A DNA stretch of 64,000 bases from Candidatus Woesearchaeota archaeon (lineage in GTDB: Archaea; Nanobdellota; Nanobdellia; Woesearchaeales; GW2011-AR4). Of the stretch, positions 8,496 through 18,044 are shown piece by piece. The notes under the pieces are model-generated. The model ran no database searches. It was not told the DNA's origin and saw only the letters and a program-made list of their open reading frames with translations. The DNA lies in the NCBI GenBank assembly GCA_016188245.1, contig JACPIE010000028.1, forward strand, positions 5,704 through 69,703, in the 5' to 3' direction. Made by a program: the position numbers and the translations under genes. Within the stretch, counting starts at the first letter, position 1. Each line of letters starts with the position of its first letter.

Positions 8496-9616
8496 AAGCT
8501 CACCTTCTTCAGTATGTTCACAGTCACGGTGCTTCCTGCCCCGCCAATATTCTGCGCAAGGCCATACCTCACATTGTTAACCTGCCTGTCTCCTGCTTCA
8601 TTCCTCATCTGCTTAACAATCTCATATACCTGTGAAACGCCTGTTGCGCTTATCGGATGGCCTTTTGCCTTCAACCCTCCGCTTGTGTTTACAGGCAATT
8701 TTCCGTCAATGTTTGTAACGCCTTTCCTTATCATTTCTTTTCCTTCGCCTTTTTTGCAAAATCCAAGGTCTTCATAGCTAATCAGCTCAACAGAAGTAAA
8801 GGCATCATGCAGCTCTGCAATGTCAATATCAGCAGGAGAAATTCCAGCCTGGTTGTAAGCTTCCTCAGCAGCAAGCTTTGTAGCATCCCAGGATGTCATG
8901 TCCTGGCTTTCAAAAGCAGGAAGCCTGTCAACATATAAGCTCGAGCCTGCAATCTCAATGTCAGTCTTCTCTTTTGTCAATATAGCTGCGGCAGCGCCAT
9001 TGACAGACAGGCTGCAGTCAAAAAGCCTTAACGGAGAAGCAACAACAGGAGATTTCTTAATTTGTTTTAAAGTGACTTCTCTTTTGTAGAACCTTGCCTT
9101 CGGGTTCAGGAAAGCATTCTTATGGTTTTTATATGCAACCAAAGCAAAATCATCAAGAGTCACCCCATATCTGAGCATGTACTGCTGCGCTACAAGCGCA
9201 TTTTGGGCAGGAAAGTTCAGGCCTTCAGCCTGCTCGTAGATTCTTTCTGCAGCCATTAAAATCTCATCAGTTATCCTCATGGAGTTGTTTGTCAGCAGCC
9301 TTTCAACACCTACAACAAGCACATTATTGTAATCAAGCTTGTTGGCTGTCCACAAAGCTGCTCCGCCGCCGCCGCAAACAGCAGTTGCGGTTAAGATAGG
9401 CACTTTCTTTCTTAAGATGCTGTTTAGGATATTTGAAAACAGCCTTTGCCTTTCTCCATTGCTTTCCGTGTCAACTGCAGAAACCACAACTGCATCAATA
9501 TCCCCTATCCCGGAATCAGCATTCTCGACAGCTTCCAAAGTAGCCTCGTAAACAAGCTTCTGGCTAGAGTCTGTCTGTGCCCCAAACTTTGTCATGCCCA
9601 CCCCCTTAACATACAT
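8492..9616 (-). CDS. Thiolase-like protein, paralog 2
   Basis: 374 aa, collinear with 5908-7044. Shares long identical peptides (ITDEILMAAERIYEQAEGLNFPAQNALVAQQYM, FCKKGEGKEMIRKG, IDGKLPVNTSGGLKAKGHPIS). Confidence 0.8.
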   Translation of the reverse strand: MYVKGVGMTKFGAQTDSSQKLVYEATLEAVENADSGIGDIDAVVVSAVDTESNGERQRLFSNILNSILRKKVPILTATAVCGGGGAALWTANKLDYNNVLVVGVERLLTNNSMRITDEILMAAERIYEQAEGLNFPAQNALVAQQYMLRYGVTLDDFALVAYKNHKNAFLNPKARFYKREVTLKQIKKSPVVASPLRLFDCSLSVNGAAAAILTKEKTDIEIAGSSLYVDRLPAFESQDMTSWDATKLAAEEAYNQAGISPADIDIAELHDAFTSVELISYEDLGFCKKGEGKEMIRKGVTNIDGKLPVNTSGGLKAKGHPISATGVSQVYEIVKQMRNEAGDRQVNNVRYGLAQNIGGAGSTVTVNILKKVSL

Positions 9617-9625
9617 AGAATCACC

Positions 9626-10114
9626 TTACTTAAACTTTGCCCTGAACTCTTCTTTGCTGACAATCGCCAGCATAAGGAGGGCTTCTGCAACTAACACGCC
9701 TTTGCTAAAAGTTTTGCCCTGAAGAATAGCACCTCTTTCATCCTGGGCTATCAAATCAACTTCAAATCTTACCTGAGCCGGGGGCAGTATCGGCGCAAAA
9801 AACTTAACTTCTTTAAGCTTATGGGCAAGCACATCCTTTTCCTGATGGTTTGGGATGTTGCTTCTTGCCAATAAAGTGGCTGCCTGCCCCATGCCTTCCA
9901 CTGTCAAAGCGCCAGGGGTGATTGGGAATCCAACAAAATGGCCTTTGTAAAAATCTTCTTTGCCGGTGAATTCTTTTACCGCTATCACTTTGTTTCTTGT
10001 TAGGCTTGTAATCTTGTCCAGGAATAAAAAAGGCTTGTCATAAGGGATTATCTTCATAATGCCCGGAATGCCAATTTCTCCCTGTGAATTTTTAAGCTCG
10101 TTGATTGTATTCAT
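9626..10114 (-). CDS. Hotdog-fold dehydratase, FabZ/FabA-like (3-hydroxyacyl thioester dehydratase)
   Basis: FLFLDKITSL and GHFVGFPITPGALTVEGMGQAA match the FabZ active-site region. Confidence 0.7.
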   Translation of the reverse strand: MNTINELKNSQGEIGIPGIMKIIPYDKPFLFLDKITSLTRNKVIAVKEFTGKEDFYKGHFVGFPITPGALTVEGMGQAATLLARSNIPNHQEKDVLAHKLKEVKFFAPILPPAQVRFEVDLIAQDERGAILQGKTFSKGVLVAEALLMLAIVSKEEFRAKFK

Positions 10115-10176
10115 TTCAGTAAATTTACCTCTTTGCCCATTTAAAAAACTTTCTACTGGGCTATTCTACAATCTAT

Positions 10177-12180
10177 ATGTCACAACAAATATATTCAAAA
10201 CTATTAATACTTCACATAGGGTGCAAATCTTTATATAACCTGCTGCAAAATTCAAGTACTATGTTTAAGCACAAGAAAGCAGGGCTGGATATGAAGCAGG
10301 GCCATAAATTCATGGCAAACTTCCTTAATAAAATGTTCAAGCCAATTGAGAGGTACTGCGGCATATTAATCGGCTCTATTTTAAAATCAAAGGAAAAATT
10401 TCCAGCGATTTATAAATATCTTGAAAATGTGGTAAGCCGCCACATCATTACCCCAAGCAAAAGCCTGTTCAACTCTTCCAAGATTGAAGATATGGGCAGC
10501 TTTATAACTGCCAATGTAATAAAAAGGCTTCCAAATGTCGATGAATTCAAGGTAGACCAAATATTAAGCAATCCTTCTGCCAAATCCTTTTTGGGGGTAC
10601 TAACAGCAGGGCTGGGCATAAACAAGGAAAAAGAAAGAACGTACACAAAACTAGGCAACAAAGGATTCAAAAGGATACTAATAGCCAACAGGGGAGAGAT
10701 AGCATTAAGGGTTATACGGGCATGCAGGGAGCTTGGAATTGAAAGCGTTGTTGTATACTCTGAAGAGGAAAAAGATTCGCTTGCTGTTAAATTTGCTGAC
10801 AAATCCTATAATATAGGAAAATCAAAAAATTATCTTGACATCAAAAAAATAGTAAAAATTGCAAAGCAGGCAAATTGTGACGCAATACATCCAGGCTACG
10901 GATTTCTTGCTGAAAACCCAATATTTGCAAAACTATGCGAAAGAAAGAATATAAAGTTCATAGGCCCTTCTTCCAAGATGATAAGGAAGCTTGGCGACAA
11001 GGTCGAGGCTAAAAAGGCAATGCTTAGGGCAAGCATACCGGTCATAGAAGGATTAAAAGAAGAATTAAGGAGCAAAAGGCATGCCCTGAAGGTTGCAAAA
11101 AGGATAGGATTCCCTGTCATAATAAAGGCATCTGCAGGCGGCGGAGGAAAAGGGATGAGGATTGTTGGCAAAGCCGAAGAACTTTTTGATTCTTATGAAA
11201 ATGCAAAGAAAGAAGCGCTCAATGCTTTTGGAGATGACTCACTCTACATTGAAAAATACCTTGAAGAGCCCCACCATATAGAATTTCAGGTGCTGGCTGA
11301 CAAATATTCCAATGTCATACACCTTGGCGAAAGAGACTGCAGCATACAAAGAAAACATCAAAAATTGGTGGAAGAATCGCCAAGCCCTGCGCTTAACAAT
11401 GAGCTGAGGGAGATGATGGGAAATGCCGCTGTAAATGCAATAAAGGCAATAGGATATGAGGGGGCAGGCACGGTTGAATTCCTGCTGGACAAAAACAGGA
11501 ATTTTTATTTTATTGAGATGAACACGCGAATACAAGTTGAGCATGGTGTGACTGAAATGGTGACCAACGTTGATTTGGTGAAGGAACAGATAAAATTAGC
11601 CGAAGGAGCCAGACTTGCCTATAAGCAGGAAGACATCAAAGTTGAAGGGCATGCAATTGAGTGCAGGATTAACGCAGAGGATGCTGCAAATAATTTTGCC
11701 CCATCTCCGGGCACAATCACAAATTATCTGCCGCCCGGAGGCCCAGGAATAAGGATAAGCAGCTCATGCCATTCAGGCTGCAAGATTTCTTCGCAATTTG
11801 ATTCGCTGATTGCCCTGCTGATATGCCATGGGAAGACAAGGAATGAAGCCATAGCCAGAATGAAAAGGTCTTTGGACGAATTTATCATAGAAGGGGTGAA
11901 CACAACAATACCCTTCCATAGGCTTGTTTTGGGCAAAAGGCAGTTTTTAAGGGGAAACATCACAACCTCTTTCATAGAAAACAACAATTTAATGGAAGAG
12001 CTTAAAGGAACGAGAGAAATGAAAAAAGAAGAGCTGCCAAAAGAAAAGAAAGTCCTTATTGTCACAACAGCTGTTGCCCAGTATCTTGCAAAGAAGCAGC
12101 ATGGAAACAGCAGGAGAATAAATCCGTGGGTAATGGCAGCAAGGCAGGAGTCAATGAACGAGGGCAGCTTTGAGGAATAG
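10177..12180 (+). CDS. accC: Biotin carboxylase subunit of an acyl-CoA carboxylase, with N-terminal (58-164 aa) and C-terminal extensions
   Basis: KRILIANRGEIALRVIRACRELGIE, ATP-grasp segments GGGGKGMRIV, EMNTRIQVEH and HAIECRINAED. The canonical domain starts near residue 165 of the ORF; the last upstream ATG is residue 106, so the true start is uncertain. Confidence 0.85.
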   Translation: MSQQIYSKLLILHIGCKSLYNLLQNSSTMFKHKKAGLDMKQGHKFMANFLNKMFKPIERYCGILIGSILKSKEKFPAIYKYLENVVSRHIITPSKSLFNSSKIEDMGSFITANVIKRLPNVDEFKVDQILSNPSAKSFLGVLTAGLGINKEKERTYTKLGNKGFKRILIANRGEIALRVIRACRELGIESVVVYSEEEKDSLAVKFADKSYNIGKSKNYLDIKKIVKIAKQANCDAIHPGYGFLAENPIFAKLCERKNIKFIGPSSKMIRKLGDKVEAKKAMLRASIPVIEGLKEELRSKRHALKVAKRIGFPVIIKASAGGGGKGMRIVGKAEELFDSYENAKKEALNAFGDDSLYIEKYLEEPHHIEFQVLADKYSNVIHLGERDCSIQRKHQKLVEESPSPALNNELREMMGNAAVNAIKAIGYEGAGTVEFLLDKNRNFYFIEMNTRIQVEHGVTEMVTNVDLVKEQIKLAEGARLAYKQEDIKVEGHAIECRINAEDAANNFAPSPGTITNYLPPGGPGIRISSSCHSGCKISSQFDSLIALLICHGKTRNEAIARMKRSLDEFIIEGVNTTIPFHRLVLGKRQFLRGNITTSFIENNNLMEELKGTREMKKEELPKEKKVLIVTTAVAQYLAKKQHGNSRRINPWVMAARQESMNEGSFEE

Positions 12181-12209
12181 TTTTAATACTTCTTGATTAT
12201 ACTTTAGAT

Positions 12210-12929
12210 ATGTATAAAATATTCCGCTTTAAATCCTTAACATCAACCCAGGACAAAGCTAAAGAATTCTCCAAGAAAGGATTAAGCGATATAGTAGTTG
12301 TTGCCGGTGTTCAGACAAAAGGAATTGGGCGCTTCAAGAGAAAATGGCATTCCGGCAAAGGCGGATTATGGATGTCGATTTTGCTGAAGCCAAAAAGCAT
12401 CAAAAATTCCCAATATCTCACTTTTATTGCTGCAATCTCTGTTGCTGAATCAATACAAAAGATATCAAAATTAAAAACAAATATTAAATGGCCAAATGAT
12501 GTGCATTACAAAAGGAAAAAACTATGCGGCATACTTACAGATGGCATTTTTGGCAAAGATAATTTTATTGCTGTCGGAATAGGATTAAATGTCAACCAAA
12601 ATAAATTTCCAAGAGAAATAAGCAATACGGCAACTTCATTAAATCTCATAAAGCACAGGGCTTTCAGCATCAAAAAATTACTGGACGAAATAACGAATAA
12701 GTTCTTTTATTTGTATGAAAATTACTACATCAAAAATAAATTAGAATATATACTAAACTCATGGAAAAAATATAGTGACACTATAGGCAAGAATGTAATA
12801 GTTGCCACAAGAACAAAAAAGATTTACGGAAAAGCCATAGGCATCGATAAAAACTGCAATTTGCTATTAAGGCAAAAAAAAAGAAGAATAACAAAGATTA
12901 TTGAAGGAGACATAACTGTCAGGCATTAG
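12210..12929 (+). CDS. birA: Biotin-[acetyl-CoA-carboxylase] ligase
   Basis: GIGRFKRKWHSGKGGLWMSILLKP matches the GRGRxGRxWxSxxGxL biotin-ligase motif; also KWPNDV. No N-terminal HTH is evident. Confidence 0.8.
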   Translation: MYKIFRFKSLTSTQDKAKEFSKKGLSDIVVVAGVQTKGIGRFKRKWHSGKGGLWMSILLKPKSIKNSQYLTFIAAISVAESIQKISKLKTNIKWPNDVHYKRKKLCGILTDGIFGKDNFIAVGIGLNVNQNKFPREISNTATSLNLIKHRAFSIKKLLDEITNKFFYLYENYYIKNKLEYILNSWKKYSDTIGKNVIVATRTKKIYGKAIGIDKNCNLLLRQKKRRITKIIEGDITVRH

Positions 12930-13324
12930 CCAATCTTAATCTTCTTCCTTAAATCGTCTGGAATCTTGATTGACTTCATTTTTTTCCAGTCCACAAAAAC
13001 ATTTACAGTGTAGCCTGCTGCAAGCAGCTTTTTGTCCTTCTTCCTGTAAACCTTATGCTCAAATTTAACGCTTTTTTCCTTTATTTCTGTGATATTTGTT
13101 TCTACAATTACAACATCATCATACCTAGCAGGGTGGAAATAATTGCAATGTGCTTCGACAACAGGAGTGATTATGCCTCTTTCGCTAAGCGCATTGTAGC
13201 CAATCTTCAAGCTTCTGAATATCTCTCGCCTTCCGCTTTCAAACCACCTAAAATAGTTGGCATAATAAACAACCTGGCCGGCGTCTGTGTCGCCATATAT
13301 AACACGGTGCTCTACCTTGTGCAT
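12926..13324 (-). CDS. Acyl-CoA thioesterase, 4HBT/YbgC hotdog family
   Basis: HRVIYGDTDAGQVVYYANYFRWFESGRREIFRSL is the YbgC-type catalytic Asp region. Track start 13342 is TTG; ATG is at 13322-13324. Confidence 0.75.
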   Translation of the reverse strand: MHKVEHRVIYGDTDAGQVVYYANYFRWFESGRREIFRSLKIGYNALSERGIITPVVEAHCNYFHPARYDDVVIVETNITEIKEKSVKFEHKVYRKKDKKLLAAGYTVNVFVDWKKMKSIKIPDDLRKKIKIG

Positions 13325-13439
13325 GGCAAATGCAAAAAGCAAGTACTATTTATGCTTTGCCACAATTAAGGAAGATACTCAATTTTTGAATCCAACAGTT
13401 TCAAAACCTTTAAAAAAGCCATGAATTAACTTCATCTTA

Positions 13440-13667
13440 ATGTCTATTTTGAAGAACGTGCCTATCCTGGGAAAGCTTCTTGAAATAGGCTATGCAATGC
13501 TTGTTGTGGTGGTATTAAGCGCATTGGTTGGGCTGATTCTTGCATTTCCTGTTATGTGGCTGTGGAACTTTGTTTTCGGGAACCTGCACAAAATAAGCGT
13601 GTTCCAGGCATGGGCGCTGAATGTGCTTGCAGGAATACTCTTCGGGCAGAGAAATTCTAATAAATAA
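13440..13667 (+). CDS. Small membrane protein (2 predicted TM segments)
   Basis: 75-aa ORF with an ATG start and two hydrophobic stretches. No recognisable family. Confidence 0.35.
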   Translation: MSILKNVPILGKLLEIGYAMLVVVVLSALVGLILAFPVMWLWNFVFGNLHKISVFQAWALNVLAGILFGQRNSNK

Positions 13668-13786
13668 TGATATCAACAAGCTTATTTTAAAGAAATAAAG
13701 GTGGGCACATCCTAAGTTCAGCGTTTAGAAACAATGGAAAAGCAGTCTTTGCTCCCGATGTAGATTTTGGAACATTAGTTTTCGGA

Positions 13787-16081
13787 TTGGATATTGGATT
13801 AGATATTCTGACGGGCGGAAGCGGGCAAAGAAGAAAACATATTGAAACAGCGACAGAGCCAAAAGAAGAAGAGACAACAAAAGCAGCGCTTCCATCCCCA
13901 TTCTTTTTGGACGATTTTGTAATGCCGAAGGATGCAGGGGTTCTGGAGAAAAAGGTATTTTTTGTCGCTTACACCAGTTTACAACCTGTAAATTCCATTT
14001 TTGACTATTTATTTTCTGGCGCTGATTCAAGGATAATAGGTAATTTTAATCCGCGCTATTTGGTTTACAAGGCTCTTGAATTTCCAGTGCAAAATTACCT
14101 TGGATATGCGGCGCCTCAAGATGGTTCTGTTTCTGCTTATCAAAGCGAACAGGCTTATGGGCCATCAAGCAGTTTTGTTGCTTACCGGTCAACATTGCAA
14201 ACTGAAATAAAACCATATACATTTCCTTTGCCCAAGCCAGAAGAATTATTTGCACCTGAATATAGGCAAGCAAATTCTGCTCCGAACTATGACATGCCAA
14301 AGCATGCGATTGAAGCTTTAAGTCATAATCTTTGGGAGGCTTCGCCTTATTTTGTTGGTTTTTATAAGCCTTTTACAGAATCTTTAATGCCTAGCACTCA
14401 AACTCAAAAAGAAATTCCAAAGAAAACATTAGATTTTATTGTTGCAAAAACTCCTGATGTTAAGACAGCTCCCTTTAGAATGATATACTCCATAAGCATA
14501 GGAATTCCGGCACATCCGATACAGGCAAACACAAGAGGCATTGAACTGATAGCTCAAGCAGCTTTTGTACACCAAAAACAAAATCAACCAAAATCACCAT
14601 ATACTGGAAGCAGACAGCCAAATTACGATTCACAAAAGCAATATATTGATATTATGAGTTCAAGCTTTTGGAGAGAATCATCTTCGTATGAAGGTGAATA
14701 CCGGGCTGATGGGAATTTAGCAGACCAAGCTAAAAAAGATAAAGTCCATGGAAACGGAGTTTACAGAAGAAGAAAAAGAAATCCAAAAAATGATGGAAAA
14801 TATGATATTAAAAAATTGAAAAAAGCAGAAAAAGAGTCAAAGAAAAAAACAAAAAGAATCGCTGCAAAAGAGCAAACAAATGGACATAAACAAAATCATG
14901 TTAGAAATCCAAAAACTTATCATACAAATAGTCAAATGACCGAATATTCTCCACAAAAACAACAATATGATGAAAAAAATCAGCCAGCAGTTGCATTATA
15001 TCTGGCAGCTATATCCAAGATAGCATTTCTTTTTGAAAGAGGAGTAAGATATTTGCTCAATGGAAAAAATAAGTTTAGAGGTGAGCACAAAGCTTTCATT
15101 GCTGATTATGAAAACTGGAGAGGTAGGGCAGAAAAAGATTTGGGGGTAAAAATATATGATTTTTTTATGGATACGAAAACCAGCTCTACTTATGGTCATG
15201 GCGAAAATGTTGTTGTGCCATCGGCATCATTGAATAAAATAGGCATAGGTGATGCTTTGGTATCTATGCTACAGGAAGGCAGACTGGATATAAACAAAGA
15301 AGTACCTCACATTCCTGAATTAGTTCTTGATCGTGAAACCAGGAAATACAAGCAATTTGGTAAAGATGGAAATAAAAGTCATAAGCTTGCGGATTTGAAT
15401 GTATTAATGGAAAAATTCTCTTGTAATGGCGCAACTAACCATATCCTATATGCTCTCGGTCATGAGGACGATTACAAAGAAAACCCAACACCAGCAGAAA
15501 TAAAAAGGCAGATAGATAAGGGTATGCAAATAGTAATGAATTATGCTTCAAGAAAAGGCGTTTATATAAAAATGGAAGCCCCTTATGTTGATGAGCCAAA
15601 ATTAAGGGTGTTGGGATATTCTAAAGATTGGAGTTCAAATACCACCACTGCAAAAGACATTGGATTGCTTATGGCATCAACACAAGCAGATGGCCATTTA
15701 AGTGAAGAATACCGAAGAATGTGGGTTGAGCCGCTGGAACAAGAAGAAACCATGCAATGGTTTAAAAGAATACTTGGTGTAGAAAATGCACCTGGAAAAC
15801 CCGGCATTGACAGGCATAATAATGGCTATGCGATCGTGCTTAATGGTAAAGTGTTAACAATAATATTAGATCAACATCCTAGTCCGATTTACGATAATCC
15901 AGACAATAAATCTGAAATACATAATACGGCAACACCACAAGGAAAAAAGACATTTAATTATTTAGCAGAACTCGGCACAATCTTACATAACTATTGGGTA
16001 AATCCTTCGCAAAAAAAAGTCTACAATCCGATTTTTCTTGACGTACTTAAATCAGCCAAACCAAATCAAAAACCAGCCTAA
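13787..16081 (+). CDS. Large hypothetical protein: Q/N/Y/P-rich N-terminal half, lysine-rich linker, C-terminal serine beta-lactamase / DD-peptidase-like domain
   Basis: The C-terminal about 250 aa carries ordered S-x-x-K (SLNK), S-x-N (SCNGATNHIL, compare class A SDNTAANLL), TTTAKDIGLLM and a KTG-like KPG. Track start is TTG, so the true start is uncertain. Confidence 0.5.
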   Translation: MDIGLDILTGGSGQRRKHIETATEPKEEETTKAALPSPFFLDDFVMPKDAGVLEKKVFFVAYTSLQPVNSIFDYLFSGADSRIIGNFNPRYLVYKALEFPVQNYLGYAAPQDGSVSAYQSEQAYGPSSSFVAYRSTLQTEIKPYTFPLPKPEELFAPEYRQANSAPNYDMPKHAIEALSHNLWEASPYFVGFYKPFTESLMPSTQTQKEIPKKTLDFIVAKTPDVKTAPFRMIYSISIGIPAHPIQANTRGIELIAQAAFVHQKQNQPKSPYTGSRQPNYDSQKQYIDIMSSSFWRESSSYEGEYRADGNLADQAKKDKVHGNGVYRRRKRNPKNDGKYDIKKLKKAEKESKKKTKRIAAKEQTNGHKQNHVRNPKTYHTNSQMTEYSPQKQQYDEKNQPAVALYLAAISKIAFLFERGVRYLLNGKNKFRGEHKAFIADYENWRGRAEKDLGVKIYDFFMDTKTSSTYGHGENVVVPSASLNKIGIGDALVSMLQEGRLDINKEVPHIPELVLDRETRKYKQFGKDGNKSHKLADLNVLMEKFSCNGATNHILYALGHEDDYKENPTPAEIKRQIDKGMQIVMNYASRKGVYIKMEAPYVDEPKLRVLGYSKDWSSNTTTAKDIGLLMASTQADGHLSEEYRRMWVEPLEQEETMQWFKRILGVENAPGKPGIDRHNNGYAIVLNGKVLTIILDQHPSPIYDNPDNKSEIHNTATPQGKKTFNYLAELGTILHNYWVNPSQKKVYNPIFLDVLKSAKPNQKPA

Positions 16082-16471
16082 TCACTCCAGCACAGCCAGC
16101 ACATCCCCTTTGTTCACATTATCGTTCTTTTTGACTTTGATTTCTTTGATAATTCCGTCCCTTGGCGCAACAACATCATTTTCCATCTTCATTGCAATAA
16201 GCGTAAACAAGCTTTGCCCTTGCCCAACCTTGGCTCCGTCCTTAACTTTAACATCATAAATTACGCCTGGCAGCGGCGCTGTTATCTCAATTTTCCCCCC
16301 TTCAGCTGCCTGCTTTTTATGAAGCCTCTCAATGGCTGACTGCTCAATATCCTTTTTAGTTTCAACCTCGTAAACATCGCCTTCGCAATGGACAAGAACC
16401 TTGCCTTGCTCTGTTTCCTCTACAAGAACCTTGTATTCCTTGCCGTCAACCTTAACAACTATCTCTTCCAT
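16082..16471 (-). CDS. accB: Biotin carboxyl carrier protein (biotinyl domain)
   Basis: C-terminal LIAMKMENDVVAPRDGIIKEIKV contains the AMKM biotinylation motif. Sits 2 nt downstream of the carboxyltransferase gene. Confidence 0.85.
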   Translation of the reverse strand: MEEIVVKVDGKEYKVLVEETEQGKVLVHCEGDVYEVETKKDIEQSAIERLHKKQAAEGGKIEITAPLPGVIYDVKVKDGAKVGQGQSLFTLIAMKMENDVVAPRDGIIKEIKVKKNDNVNKGDVLAVLE

Positions 16472-16473
16472 GT

Positions 16474-17991
16474 CTACAAAGGAATGTTGCCGTGTTTTTT
16501 AGAAGGCCTTTTTTCCCTTTTGGAAAGCAGCATGTCAAGGCACTTAATCAGGGAAATCCTTGCATCTTTGGGCTCTATAATCATGTCAACCTTGCCAAGC
16601 TCAGCAGCAGCATAAGGATTAAGGTATTTTTTTGTATATTCATTTACAAGGTCTGCTTTGGCTTTTGTGTTTTTGCTCATCTCTTCCCTGTTTATGATGC
16701 TGACAGCCTGCTCTGCCCCCATTACTGCAATTTCAGCAAACGGCAATGCGATAACCTTGTCAAACCCCATATCCTTTGAGACCATTGCAATATACGCCCC
16801 TCCATAAGCTTTTCTTAACACAAGAGATATCTTGGGAACAGCAGCCTCAGAATAAGCAAAAAGGACTTTTGCACCGTGCCTTATAATCCCATTATGCTCC
16901 TGCTCTGTGCCAGGCAGGTAGCCGGTTACATCAACAAGATTAATCAATGGAATGTTGAAGCAATCGCAAAATCTTACAAATCTTGCCATCTTATCCGAAG
17001 AGTTTATGTCAAGGCAGCCTGCAAGCACTTTTGGCTGGTTTGCCACTATTCCGACAACATTGCCGTTAAGCCTTGCAAATCCGGCTATTATATTGGATGC
17101 ATAAGCAGCCTGAATCTCAAAAAAAGATTTTTTGTCGAAAACCTCAATAATCACATCTTTCATGTCATACGCTTTTTTAGGGTCTTCAGGCACTATTGAC
17201 TCAAGCTTTTTGGTTTCCCTGTCTGCAGCATCATTCGCATAGTAAGGCGGGCTTTCCAGGTTATTCTGGGGAAGGTAGCTCAGCAAAATTTTCAGCATAT
17301 CCAGGCAGTCCTTTTCACTGTCAGCAGCAAAATGCGCAACGCCGCTTTTTTCATTATGTATGGAAGAGCCTCCAAGCTTCTCGAAATCTATTGACTCATT
17401 AGTTACGGTCTTGATGACTTCAGGGCCGGTAATGAACATATAGCTTGTTTTTTTTACCATCAAAATGAAATCAGTCAGAGCAGGAGAGTAAACAGCTATT
17501 CCTGCGCAGGGCCCCATTATGGCCGATATCTGCGGCACAATGCCAGACATTGTTGTATTAAGCTGGAATATTCTGCCTCCTGTGTCCAAAGCCGAAATCC
17601 CTTCCTGTATCCTTGCCCCCCCTGAATCGAGCAATCCTATGCAAGGGCATCCTGTTTTCAACGCCAGCTCCATAACATTGGCGATTTTCCTGTTGTGCAT
17701 CTCACCCATTGAGCCCCCGACAAAAGAGAAATCCTGGGCGTAGACGTAAACTGGCTTTTTGCCTATCATCCCATATCCCGTAATGACCCCATCTCTTGGC
17801 TTTTTCTTCCCAAGCTGCTGGCTTTGATGCTCTGCAAATGCATCCAGCTCAACAAAAGAACCAGGATCAAGCAGATAGTTCAGCCTTTCTTTCGCTGTCA
17901 GCTTGCCTTTCTTGTGCTGCAGCTCAGCAGCCGGCTTGTCATTATCCAGCTCTTTTCTTTTCTCAAGAAACTCCTTAAGCTTTCCCCCCAT
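16474..17991 (-). CDS. Acyl-CoA carboxylase carboxyltransferase subunit (propionyl-CoA carboxylase beta / methylmalonyl-CoA decarboxylase alpha family)
   Basis: 505 aa; DSGGARIQEG, MGPCAGIAVYSPALTDF and ANQPKVLAGCLD are typical of the fused carboxyltransferase family. Confidence 0.85.
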   Translation of the reverse strand: MGGKLKEFLEKRKELDNDKPAAELQHKKGKLTAKERLNYLLDPGSFVELDAFAEHQSQQLGKKKPRDGVITGYGMIGKKPVYVYAQDFSFVGGSMGEMHNRKIANVMELALKTGCPCIGLLDSGGARIQEGISALDTGGRIFQLNTTMSGIVPQISAIMGPCAGIAVYSPALTDFILMVKKTSYMFITGPEVIKTVTNESIDFEKLGGSSIHNEKSGVAHFAADSEKDCLDMLKILLSYLPQNNLESPPYYANDAADRETKKLESIVPEDPKKAYDMKDVIIEVFDKKSFFEIQAAYASNIIAGFARLNGNVVGIVANQPKVLAGCLDINSSDKMARFVRFCDCFNIPLINLVDVTGYLPGTEQEHNGIIRHGAKVLFAYSEAAVPKISLVLRKAYGGAYIAMVSKDMGFDKVIALPFAEIAVMGAEQAVSIINREEMSKNTKAKADLVNEYTKKYLNPYAAAELGKVDMIIEPKDARISLIKCLDMLLSKREKRPSKKHGNIPL

Positions 17992-18044
17992 GCACCAAGC
18001 TTATGAACGGATGTTTAAAAAGGTTTTCAAAAAATTTTTCTAGG

